Assembly (NCBI GenBank): GCA_041661505.1
Contig: JBAZUF010000001.1
Coordinates: 47,144-111,143, forward strand
DNA length: 64,000 nucleotides
Origin: Patescibacteria group bacterium
GTDB taxonomy: Bacteria; Patescibacteriota; Patescibacteriia; Patescibacteriales; JBAZCA01
Direction of reading: 5' to 3'
The notes beneath the pieces are model-generated. The model was not told where the DNA came from. It searched no databases and saw only the letters and a list, made by a program, of their open reading frames with translations. This document shows, piece after piece, positions 18,158 to 26,002 of the stretch. How positions within the stretch are numbered: position 1 is the first letter of the stretch; each line of letters begins with the position of its first letter. The position numbers were made by a program, and so were the translations under genes.

Positions 18158-18550
18158 TTGACTATCTTGCATACTATGAAAATTGACCAAGGCTTTCAAA
18201 AATTAGGCGACTATCTTACCGGCGCCAAGAATCCGCGGAAAAAACCGCCGGCTTATGAATGGCAGGACTTGGCTTTAAAAGTTATAAAGCTTTTAAATAT
18301 TCCTGCCTTTAAAAAAAATTCAGTTTTTAAGGCGGTGAAGGATTACCCGAAATCAGTGATTGTTACGGCCCTAAACGACACTTTAGAATTATGTCAAACC
18401 GGGGAAAAGTGGAAATATTTTTTTAAAGTCCTTGCCAGCCCTCCGAGGCAATCACTCCCTGAAGAGAGTATAACCGGCGGAGAACAAAAAAAGGCGCTAG
18501 CCAGGCGTCCGAGATCTAATTTTTTTTCCGAGTGGGATAAAAAATTATAG
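18158..18550 (+). CDS. hypothetical protein
   Basis: 130-aa ORF, no recognisable family. Confidence 0.45.
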   Translation: MTILHTMKIDQGFQKLGDYLTGAKNPRKKPPAYEWQDLALKVIKLLNIPAFKKNSVFKAVKDYPKSVIVTALNDTLELCQTGEKWKYFFKVLASPPRQSLPEESITGGEQKKALARRPRSNFFSEWDKKL

Positions 18551-18588
18551 CTTTTATTTTTTTAGGGGGGAAGGTGAAATATGCCCGG

Positions 18589-19377
18589 CTAGAATTTAAA
18601 TTGCATTGCAAGATACCCGATGCCGAAAGGGGATTCATAAGAAAGCTCAATCGGGCGGCATTTCATTCCGTCAAGGATCCCTAATAAAATAGCGATGGAT
18701 TTCAGTCCGCACTCGCAGGCTTCATGGATGAATTTTTCATCCATTTTTATTATCTCTTGGGTTTTTCCGGTTAAAAGCAATTCAATTAATTCTTTGTCGA
18801 ATTTTTTTCCTTTAGGCGAGTAGCCAGCCGGGGAATTTTTGGAAAGCCGGTGCGACAAATCTCCCGAAGCAACTACCGCCACCCGTTCCTTGGTGCGCAG
18901 AATCTCTTTTTTCAAAAGCCGGCCAAAAAGATAATTGGCTTCCAAATTTTGGCCCGAGTAATAAATGGGTATTATTTTAATTTTCGGCAAATGGGGAACA
19001 AGCTGGAGAAGCGGAACAGAAGCCCCATAGTCCAGTTTCTCTTCCGAAATCATCTGGAGCGGCGCCTTTGTTTCCAGGCGTTCGCGGATTTTATGGGCCA
19101 GCATTATATTTCCCGAGACCGTGAGTTTGGTCGAAAAATCGCCGAAGCCTTCCATATTAGCGGTAAATTCCGGGCTTTGGTTTAACGAAAAAGAATTCTC
19201 CTGGATACAGCCATGAGGCGAAATTATAATAAGCGTCTCCGGCTGGGAGGCGTACAAATCTTCCTCAAGCTTCTTATAGCTCTCGGAAGTTTTTTTTAAC
19301 AAGGCGGCGTTTTCTTTTCCGACCGAAGGGATGATTAACGGCGGGTGGGGAACGATTGATGAAAAAACTAATGACAT
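18589..19377 (-). CDS. Memo1/class III extradiol dioxygenase-fold protein (AmmeMemoRadiSam system protein B-like)
   Basis: VPHPPLIIP...IISPHG and conserved His positions typical of the Memo/LigB fold. Confidence 0.55.
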   Translation of the reverse strand: MSLVFSSIVPHPPLIIPSVGKENAALLKKTSESYKKLEEDLYASQPETLIIISPHGCIQENSFSLNQSPEFTANMEGFGDFSTKLTVSGNIMLAHKIRERLETKAPLQMISEEKLDYGASVPLLQLVPHLPKIKIIPIYYSGQNLEANYLFGRLLKKEILRTKERVAVVASGDLSHRLSKNSPAGYSPKGKKFDKELIELLLTGKTQEIIKMDEKFIHEACECGLKSIAILLGILDGMKCRPIELSYESPFGIGYLAMQFKF

Positions 19378-19379
19378 AT

Positions 19380-20831
19380 TTAATTATTAACCTGGCTGAT
19401 TAATTCGCCATCCGGATAAAGATCAAGCACTTTCTGCGAGGCGGTTATTACATTATTCCACTTATATCCCATTTTTTCAAATACTTCCCCGGATGTAAAG
19501 GCCCGTCGCAGGCCGTTCGAAATCAAATACACGCCCGGCGAGGAAGATGATTTTAAGAGTTCTCCGTCGTCGAATTTAACCGGCGCGGCTGTCTGGTATT
19601 TATCCAATTCGCCTTTGGCGGCTCTTTGGATTGTTTTGGTTTTGAATTTGGTCGTTAAAAATATCCGGTCCCAAATCGGCGCTTTAGTATTGTCGATTAC
19701 GTAAAAAACTCCGCCGGTCTTCGGGTCCTGCAAAAGCGCGCCGGTCGCGTAAGTCGAAGTCGCGGTAATCGGCGCGATCTCGCGAAAAGGCGCTAAATCA
19801 TTAAAAGTCACGTCGATTATTTCTTCAGGGTTTATCCCGGTCTTCCTTAAAGCTTCTCTTGAGGCAAAACCGCGGCGGGTATCGTCAACCAAAAGGTAAA
19901 CAGTACCTTTGGGCGAGCGGACTAAAGAATATTGGGAGAATTTAATCGGATCGCCGGCCGGGTATTTATCGATGTCGGACTTGGCTACCATAATAACTTT
20001 ATTGATGTCATATCGGGAGGTTAAGGCGCCCCGGCTGGTAAAAGGCCGTTTATTTCCGCTTTTAATCAGCCAAACGACGCTTTCGCCGGATACTTGCAGA
20101 AGCGATCCGTCGGGATAGTTCCTTACAAAATACTTAAGCCACAATTTGTAAAAATTGTAATTGCCGTTAAAAACATGCGGCGTGTAATTATAGAGGGCGG
20201 CGGTCGCCTGATTGGCCGGCGTAACGCTCATCGGCTCATTGGAAACGGTTCCGTAGGGGTTGGTGAAGGTATAAGTCACGCCGGCTTTGTAAGTATAAAG
20301 CTGGGGATTGTCTAGGTAGTCGCGAAATTGCAATGAGGCGGAATTTATTTGCTTCCAAAGCCCTTTCCACCTCGGATTAGGGCTGGAATTATCCGGACAG
20401 CCGTAGCCGGTTGCCCAATCAAGCTGTGATTGGGACGGCGAGCTGTCCTCAATCAGCCCCTGCTCTTTTTGCAAAAGCACCAGCAAAAATTTCGGATTAA
20501 TGCTGTTGGCAATTGCCCGGTCATATATGATTTGCGCGGCGGTCATAGCCGGGCCGGAACAGGCGGCGGCGTTTAATAAGTCGTCCGATGTACAGCTATT
20601 CACCTTATAGCCGGCCAAAAAGCTTCCCTTCAAAAGTAAAAACTCCTGGATATCGTCCTGATCCATTGAGTTAGAATCCAAAATTTCCAAATCGCTTATT
20701 ATGTAGTTTGGGTTAAAGTTGGAGTCAATGGTTTGCGCCAAAGCCTCCGGCGAAAAATAAAGGCTTTGCGCCATTGAAACGGCCATAAACAAAAAAAGCC
20801 AAGCGGCGCGGTTTATTATTTTTTTACGCAT
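19380..20831 (-). CDS. secreted protein with N-terminal domain plus four approx. 35-aa C-terminal repeats
   Basis: signal peptide; repeats GESVVWLIKSGNKRPFTS.., GTVYLLVDDTRRGFAS.., GGVFYVIDNTKAPIW.., PGVYLISNGLRRAFTS.. Confidence 0.6.
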   Translation of the reverse strand: MRKKIINRAAWLFLFMAVSMAQSLYFSPEALAQTIDSNFNPNYIISDLEILDSNSMDQDDIQEFLLLKGSFLAGYKVNSCTSDDLLNAAACSGPAMTAAQIIYDRAIANSINPKFLLVLLQKEQGLIEDSSPSQSQLDWATGYGCPDNSSPNPRWKGLWKQINSASLQFRDYLDNPQLYTYKAGVTYTFTNPYGTVSNEPMSVTPANQATAALYNYTPHVFNGNYNFYKLWLKYFVRNYPDGSLLQVSGESVVWLIKSGNKRPFTSRGALTSRYDINKVIMVAKSDIDKYPAGDPIKFSQYSLVRSPKGTVYLLVDDTRRGFASREALRKTGINPEEIIDVTFNDLAPFREIAPITATSTYATGALLQDPKTGGVFYVIDNTKAPIWDRIFLTTKFKTKTIQRAAKGELDKYQTAAPVKFDDGELLKSSSSPGVYLISNGLRRAFTSGEVFEKMGYKWNNVITASQKVLDLYPDGELISQVNN

Positions 20832-21020
20832 AATTCCAGTTTATTCAAATGTTCAGATAATAATTTGCGAACAAAAATTTTCCTCACTCATTCTATTATA
20901 ATATACGTCGCCTAGTCCTGGCAAATTACATCTATTTCTTCAATAAAATTCAAATTTGGCTAAGGTTTAACGATTGTGCAAATGCCAGGGTAAATCTGCA
21001 ATAATCCGTCAAAATTCCGT

Positions 21021-21049
21021 TTGACAGGTCCTTATTTTAATAATATGTT
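21021..21049 (+). promoter_or_regulatory. sigma70-like promoter (TTGACA-N17-TATGTT)
   Basis: TTGACA at 21021-21026, TATGTT at 21044-21049. Confidence 0.45.
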
Positions 21050-21168
21050 TAAATCATATCCCCGGGGTTGGCAGTTATATGCCCACTAACATGGGGAAAG
21101 CTGTTCAGGTTTTACTGGAGCGGGCGGTTTTACTGGACAGCAGTACCAGTTTGGAAGGAGAAAATCCG

Positions 21169-21315
21169 ATGATTAAAATTACCGAAGTTGAACGCAAAAT
21201 TCTCGGAATAGGGGCGGCCGCAACATGCCAGCCCAGTCCCGAGACTCCTTCGTGCCATGCCCCGTTGGGCCATTCTTCGTTGCCGTGCCATGCGCCAGTA
21301 GCCCAGGCAACTTGA
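21169..21315 (+). CDS. 48-aa Cys/His-rich small protein (MIKITEVERKILGIG-AAATCQPSPETPSCHAPLGHSSLPCHAPVAQAT)
   Basis: GGAAGGAG RBS 8 nt upstream of ATG; repeated CHAP motif. Confidence 0.35.
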   Translation: MIKITEVERKILGIGAAATCQPSPETPSCHAPLGHSSLPCHAPVAQAT

Positions 21316-21430
21316 CACGGTCCGACGGAACTCTCCAGTTAATGGAGAACAACGGGGTTTTCGCCATAGTCTAAGGGAGGCGTGGCGATTCAAATCCGCT
21401 CCAGTTCTTTTAAATTTTTCACAACTCCAG

Positions 21431-21476
21431 GGCCAGACCATCCGTTTTATTAGGATGTTCTGGCCTAATTTTTTTA
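21431..21476 (+). terminator. rho-independent terminator
   Basis: GGCCAGA-N21-TCTGGCC then TAATTTTTTT. Confidence 0.55.
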
Positions 21477-21640
21477 TGAAAATTCTTAATAAAGTTAGCT
21501 GAATTGGCCAATTAGCGGTAAATTGACTTTTGGTAAAAAATAAGCTAATATAAAGACAAGCTAAATAACCAAAATTTTTTAGCTAATTTTAAAGTAGTGT
21601 CCAGAATTTTGGAGATAAAAGTTCTTTAAATTTTACTAAT

Positions 21641-22226
21641 TCCAGGGTAAGCGGATAGTCGCTCCGCCCCGCATCTGCGGGGCGGAGAGGAAAGTCCGGA
21701 CTCCCGTCCCGTCCGCGTTTTGCAGGCGGGATGATAGCGGCAGTGGGTAACGCCCACCTATCCGCCCGGTAATCGGACGGATAAGGGAAAGTGTCTTGCC
21801 CGTACTGCGGGCAAGATCCTGCTTCCTTAATTCACATTAAGAAAGCAGGGCCACAGAGACAATACTAACCGCGGGGCGTTTACCTTGAGTGAAAAAAACG
21901 TACCGAAGGGCTTTAGGGCCTTTTGATTGCGCTTTAGTCTCGCTTAAGGTAATCGCTTCGCGGTGAAAGGTGAAAAGCTGCTTGGTGTTTTTGGTTATAC
22001 CGGATATCCATATAACTTTAAGCTACAAGTATTCCCGGCTGGTAACAGCCGCGGATGGCAAACCCTGCCTGGAGCAAGAACAAAGCCTCGCCCATATTTT
22101 GAGCGGGGTAAAAAGTAGTTCGCTTGATCCCGCGGGCAACCGCGGGGCTAGATAAATGGCTATCCATCCTTAGCTTCGCATTGAAGAAAAGGAGGACAGA
22201 ATCCGGCTTATAGCTTGCCCTGGAAT
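21641..22226 (+). ncRNA. rnpB: RNase P RNA, bacterial type A, unusually long
   Basis: GAGGAAAGTCCGGACTC (P4/CR-I), GGGTAACGCC, GGCTGGTAACAGCCGCGG...GGAGCAAG, ACAGAATCCGGCTTATAG (CR-V); P1 pairing CCAGGGTAAGC/GCTTGCCCTGG. Confidence 0.85.
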
Positions 22227-22287
22227 TAGTGGAATTTACTCTCGAAGATCCTAAATCATTCTAAATAATTATCTTCTAGTAATTATT

Positions 22288-23703
22288 ATGAAGCGCTCCG
22301 AACTCTTCTTTTCATTCCTTCTCGTTCCTCTCGATTTTATAATGATTATTTTAGCCGGCCTTTCGGCTTACTATATCCGGTTTGCCCGTTTTTTTACGGA
22401 AATAAGGCCGGTTATTTTTAATTTGACGGTAAACGATTATTTAAAAATTTTAATTCCCATCGGTTTATCCTGGCTCGTGATTTTTGCTTTGGCCGGACTT
22501 TACCGGATTAAATCGAAACGCCGGTTTGCCCGAGAATTTTACCGCGTGGTTTTAGCCTGCTCGACCGGATTAATGCTGATAGTCGTTTTGATTTTCGTCC
22601 GCCGCGAGCTTTTTGACTCGCGCTTCATCGTTTTAGCCGGCTGGATTTTTGCCGTCGTCTATATCACCTTAGCCCGGGGCTTTATCCGCGGCGTCCAAAA
22701 TTATCTTCACAATTTCGGAATCGGCGTCCATAAATTGGCTATAGTCGGAAATTCAAAAACTACTGAAATTTTAGTCCACGACTTTTGCTCTAATAAAAAA
22801 CTGGGCTACGGCGTGGCTAAGCGCCTACGGGGCTTTTCTATAGCCGAAGCGCAGGAATTGGAGGAATTTTTGAAAACCGGCGAAGTTGACGAAATTCTCC
22901 AAAGCGATCCGAATTTATCCAAAGCCGAAATTATCCGCCTTTATGATTTTGCCAGCGAACACCATCTTACTTTTAAATACGCAGCCGACCTTTTAGGAGC
23001 TAAAGTCTTAAAAACCGAGGTTACGGATATTTCCGGAGTTCCGATTGTTGAAGTTATAAAGACTCCTTTAGAAGGCTGGGGAAGGATTGTCAAAAGATTT
23101 TTCGATGTTGCGGTTTCATCAATCTTAATAATCATCCTTTCGCCCATTCTCGCCATTACCGCTGTTCTAATAAAAATCGATTCGCACGGGCCGATTTTTT
23201 TCTCGCGACGAGATGACGGTTCCCGGCTTTTTCGGGTGGGCCAGGGGGGCAGATTATTCAAATATATAAAATTTCGGTCAATGATACCGGGCACTGATGA
23301 AATGCGTTATAAGGAATTAGCGGAAAAAAACATTCGCAAAGGCGAACCGCTGGTAAAAATAAAAGACGACCCGCGAATAACCCGAATCGGGAAATTTATA
23401 CGAAGGACCAGCATTGATGAATTGCCTGAATTGTTTTTGGTCTTAAAAGGCGATATGAGCCTGGTCGGCCCGCGCCCGCATCTTCCCGAAGAAGTAGCCA
23501 AATACGAACTGCACCATAAAAAAGTTTTGACCATCAAGCCCGGCATTTCCGGACTGGCCCAGATTTCTGGCCGGAGCGATTTGAATTTTGAAGATGAAGT
23601 TAAATTGGATACATATTATATTGAAAACTGGTCTTTACTTCTTGATATGTCCATTCTTTTAAGGACGCCTTTTGCCGTAGTCCGGCCGAGAAAGGCGGAA
23701 TAA
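22288..23703 (+). CDS. polyprenyl-phosphate hexose-1-phosphate transferase (bacterial sugar transferase, WbaP-like)
   Basis: C-terminal VGPRPHLPEE...KPGISGLAQISGRSDL...LDTYYIENWSLLLDM. Confidence 0.85.
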   Translation: MKRSELFFSFLLVPLDFIMIILAGLSAYYIRFARFFTEIRPVIFNLTVNDYLKILIPIGLSWLVIFALAGLYRIKSKRRFAREFYRVVLACSTGLMLIVVLIFVRRELFDSRFIVLAGWIFAVVYITLARGFIRGVQNYLHNFGIGVHKLAIVGNSKTTEILVHDFCSNKKLGYGVAKRLRGFSIAEAQELEEFLKTGEVDEILQSDPNLSKAEIIRLYDFASEHHLTFKYAADLLGAKVLKTEVTDISGVPIVEVIKTPLEGWGRIVKRFFDVAVSSILIIILSPILAITAVLIKIDSHGPIFFSRRDDGSRLFRVGQGGRLFKYIKFRSMIPGTDEMRYKELAEKNIRKGEPLVKIKDDPRITRIGKFIRRTSIDELPELFLVLKGDMSLVGPRPHLPEEVAKYELHHKKVLTIKPGISGLAQISGRSDLNFEDEVKLDTYYIENWSLLLDMSILLRTPFAVVRPRKAE

Positions 23704-23708
23704 AAATT

Positions 23709-24320
23709 ATGAAATTATATATTGTCAGGCATGGCGAGACAGATTACAATACTAAGAAAATTATTCAGGGCCAGGTTAATACGCCGCTGAACAAAAAAGG
23801 CGAAAAACAAGCTAAGTTGATAGCAAAAAGATTAGGTGTCGTTAACTTTGACCTCATATATTCCTCTGATCTTAGGCGGGCCAAACAAACCACCAAAGAA
23901 ATAATGAAATTTCAGAAGTGCCTGGTGAAATATGTCAAAGAACTAAGAGAAAGACATTATGGAATTTTTCAAAATAAGTTCGAGCAAATTTATTATGAAT
24001 ATCTTGCCCAAAACAATGTTTCCAGCCATAATCCGGACTACCGGATTCCCGGCGGCGAATCGAGACAGGATCACTATATAAGAGTAGAAAAATTTCTGGA
24101 AAAAATCTATAAAAAACACAAAGATAAAACCGTATTGCTATCCACTCACGGCGGAACAAAAAAGGCGATTTTAAGGTATTTAATAAATATCCCTCGCAAC
24201 CAATATGGCATAAAGGACCCTGATAACGCCAGCCTCACCATTGTTCAATTCCATGAGAATGGGAAACATAAGATAGAGCTGGAGGGCGATGTTAAACACT
24301 TAAAAAATCTAAAACAATGA
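23709..24320 (+). CDS. histidine phosphatase family protein (phosphoglycerate mutase-like)
   Basis: LYIVRHGETDYN catalytic RHG motif. Confidence 0.8.
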   Translation: MKLYIVRHGETDYNTKKIIQGQVNTPLNKKGEKQAKLIAKRLGVVNFDLIYSSDLRRAKQTTKEIMKFQKCLVKYVKELRERHYGIFQNKFEQIYYEYLAQNNVSSHNPDYRIPGGESRQDHYIRVEKFLEKIYKKHKDKTVLLSTHGGTKKAILRYLINIPRNQYGIKDPDNASLTIVQFHENGKHKIELEGDVKHLKNLKQ

Positions 24321-25432
24321 AAGTCGCGTTAATTCATGACCATCTCGCCCAGGACGGCGGAGCGGAAAAAGTCCTAAAAGCGTTTTCGGAAATTTATCCG
24401 GACGCGCCGATTTATACTTTGCTTTACAATAAAAAGAATATTGATAAATATTATCCCGGCCGGCGGGTAGAAGCTTCGATTATCCAAAAAATGCCCGGCG
24501 GGGTTAAACATTACCAGTGGTACATGCCGTTCATGCCGATGGCGATCGAGTTTTTCGATTTGCGCGGTTTTGACGTGGTTCTTTCCGATACCGCTTCATT
24601 CGCCAAGGGAGTAATTACCGGCCCGGAAACTTTGCATATTTGTTATTGCCATACTCCCACCCGATATTTATGGTCGGATACGCACCAGTATATTAATGAA
24701 TTAAAGTACAATAAATTTTTCAAAAAAATCATCTCCATGGTTTTGAATAACGTAAGGATGTGGGACCGGCTGGCCGCCGACCGGGTAGACGTATTTATCG
24801 CCAATTCCAAAGTCGTCGCCCGCCGGATAAAAAAATATTACCAGCGTGAAAGCGTAGTTATTTATCCGCCTACGGAAATTGAAAAATTCCACGCCAGTGA
24901 TAAAGTCGGCGATTACTTTTTGTGCGGCTGTCGGTTGGTTCCATATAAAAGAATTGACATCGTTATTGAAGCTTTCAAAAAGCTAGGTGCTCCATATAAA
25001 TTGAAAATTTTCGGTGATGGAATTGATTTGCCGCGCTTAAAAAAAATCGCCGGCGAGGCGCAAAATATTGAATTCATGGGCCGCGTTTCCGACGAAGAAA
25101 GAGCCAAGCTTTTTGCCGAATGCCAGGCCTTTATCAATCCCCAGGTCGAAGATTTCGGCATAACCATAATGGAAGCTATGGCCTCGGGCCGGCCGGTCAT
25201 TGCCTTAAAGCAGGGCGGCGCCTGCGAAAGCGTTATTAAGGGGAAGACCGGGGAATTTTTCCGCGAAGAAACACCCGAACAAGTTATTGAGGCAATAGAA
25301 AAATTTGATCCAGCTAAATACGATTCGGCTGAAATCCGCGCCTACGCCGAAAAATTTTCCGGAGAAAAATTTAAACAATCCATAAAAGATTTTGTTGAAA
25401 AAGAATATAATAATTTTGTTAATTGCAATTAA
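24317..25432 (+). CDS. GT4-family glycosyltransferase
   Basis: C-terminal EDFGITIMEAMASGRPVIA motif (EX7E-type). Confidence 0.85.
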   Translation: MKVALIHDHLAQDGGAEKVLKAFSEIYPDAPIYTLLYNKKNIDKYYPGRRVEASIIQKMPGGVKHYQWYMPFMPMAIEFFDLRGFDVVLSDTASFAKGVITGPETLHICYCHTPTRYLWSDTHQYINELKYNKFFKKIISMVLNNVRMWDRLAADRVDVFIANSKVVARRIKKYYQRESVVIYPPTEIEKFHASDKVGDYFLCGCRLVPYKRIDIVIEAFKKLGAPYKLKIFGDGIDLPRLKKIAGEAQNIEFMGRVSDEERAKLFAECQAFINPQVEDFGITIMEAMASGRPVIALKQGGACESVIKGKTGEFFREETPEQVIEAIEKFDPAKYDSAEIRAYAEKFSGEKFKQSIKDFVEKEYNNFVNCN

Positions 25433-25433
25433 T

Positions 25434-25485
25434 TGACAAGTTGTTCGTCAGTATGATAATGTAAGAAAGTAAGAATTTCTTACTT
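25434..25485 (+). promoter_or_regulatory. promoter (TTGACA-N15/17-GATAAT/TAATGT) plus palindromic operator AGTAAGAAtTTCTTACT upstream of the TA pair
   Basis: TTGACA at 25434-25439, GATAAT at 25455-25460, inverted repeat at 25469-25485. Confidence 0.5.
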
Positions 25486-25506
25486 TTATTCTTAAACCAA
25501 AAATTT

Positions 25507-25758
25507 ATGCCTACCGTGGTAAAAACAACTTCCAAAGGACAAATAACTTTGCCGATAAAATGGCGAAGAAAATTTAAAACCAATCAGTTTATCTTAGAGT
25601 GCCAAGGCAACAGTCTAACGATTCAGCCGCTGGATTTAACCAAGATTCCAAAACCCAGAAAGAATGAGCAGGTTATTTTTGACGCGATAAGAGATAACAA
25701 GGGCAAGGGTATTCCGGCCCGGGAAATTTTAAAAATTTTACAAAAACTGAATGGATGA
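25507..25758 (+). CDS. AbrB/MazE/SpoVT-type antitoxin
   Basis: KGQITLPIKWRRKF swapped-hairpin motif; 83 aa; 8-nt overlap with the downstream toxin. Confidence 0.65.
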   Translation: MPTVVKTTSKGQITLPIKWRRKFKTNQFILECQGNSLTIQPLDLTKIPKPRKNEQVIFDAIRDNKGKGIPAREILKILQKLNG

Positions 25759-25999
25759 AGTTGAAAAACTTCTGAACAAAATCTCAAAAAGGGAAAGGGA
25801 GGCGGTAGAGGAGGTTATCGCTCTTTCAGTGTCCGGCCGAACAAAAAAACTGAATATCAAAAAAATAGCCAACAGCTGTCTCTTCAGAGTTAAAGCCAAA
25901 AGGTTCAGGATTATTTATCATTTTGATTATAGCGAAGTAATAATTGATACGATAAGGATTCGAGACAAAAATACTTATAAAAACTTGCCTAAAATATAA
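25751..25999 (+). CDS. RelE/ParE-family toxin
   Basis: C-terminal FRIIYHFDYSEVIIDTIRIRDKNTYK resembles the RelE/ParE/YoeB core; 82 aa. Confidence 0.65.
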   Translation: MDEVEKLLNKISKREREAVEEVIALSVSGRTKKLNIKKIANSCLFRVKAKRFRIIYHFDYSEVIIDTIRIRDKNTYKNLPKI

Positions 26000-26002
26000 T
26001 TT

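Larger units (their letters stand above)
21057..21476 (+). other. GC-rich promoter-to-terminator transcription unit: candidate structured ncRNA and/or small-protein mRNA
   Basis: about 57% GC in a low-GC intergenic region; 9-bp long-range complementarity CTGGAGCGG (21115-21123) / CCGCTCCAG (21396-21404); terminator at 21431-21476. Confidence 0.4.

Noticed and set aside
21057-21476. tmRNA (ssrA) or SRP RNA identity for the GC-rich transcript
   Set aside because: There is no GGGG...UUCGAC 5' motif. The putative T-arm has a non-canonical A53-C61 mismatch and a 9-nt loop. No tag ORF ending in ...AA-stop is present, and no SRP domain IV GGAAGCAGCC-type motif. It is kept as an unclassified candidate.
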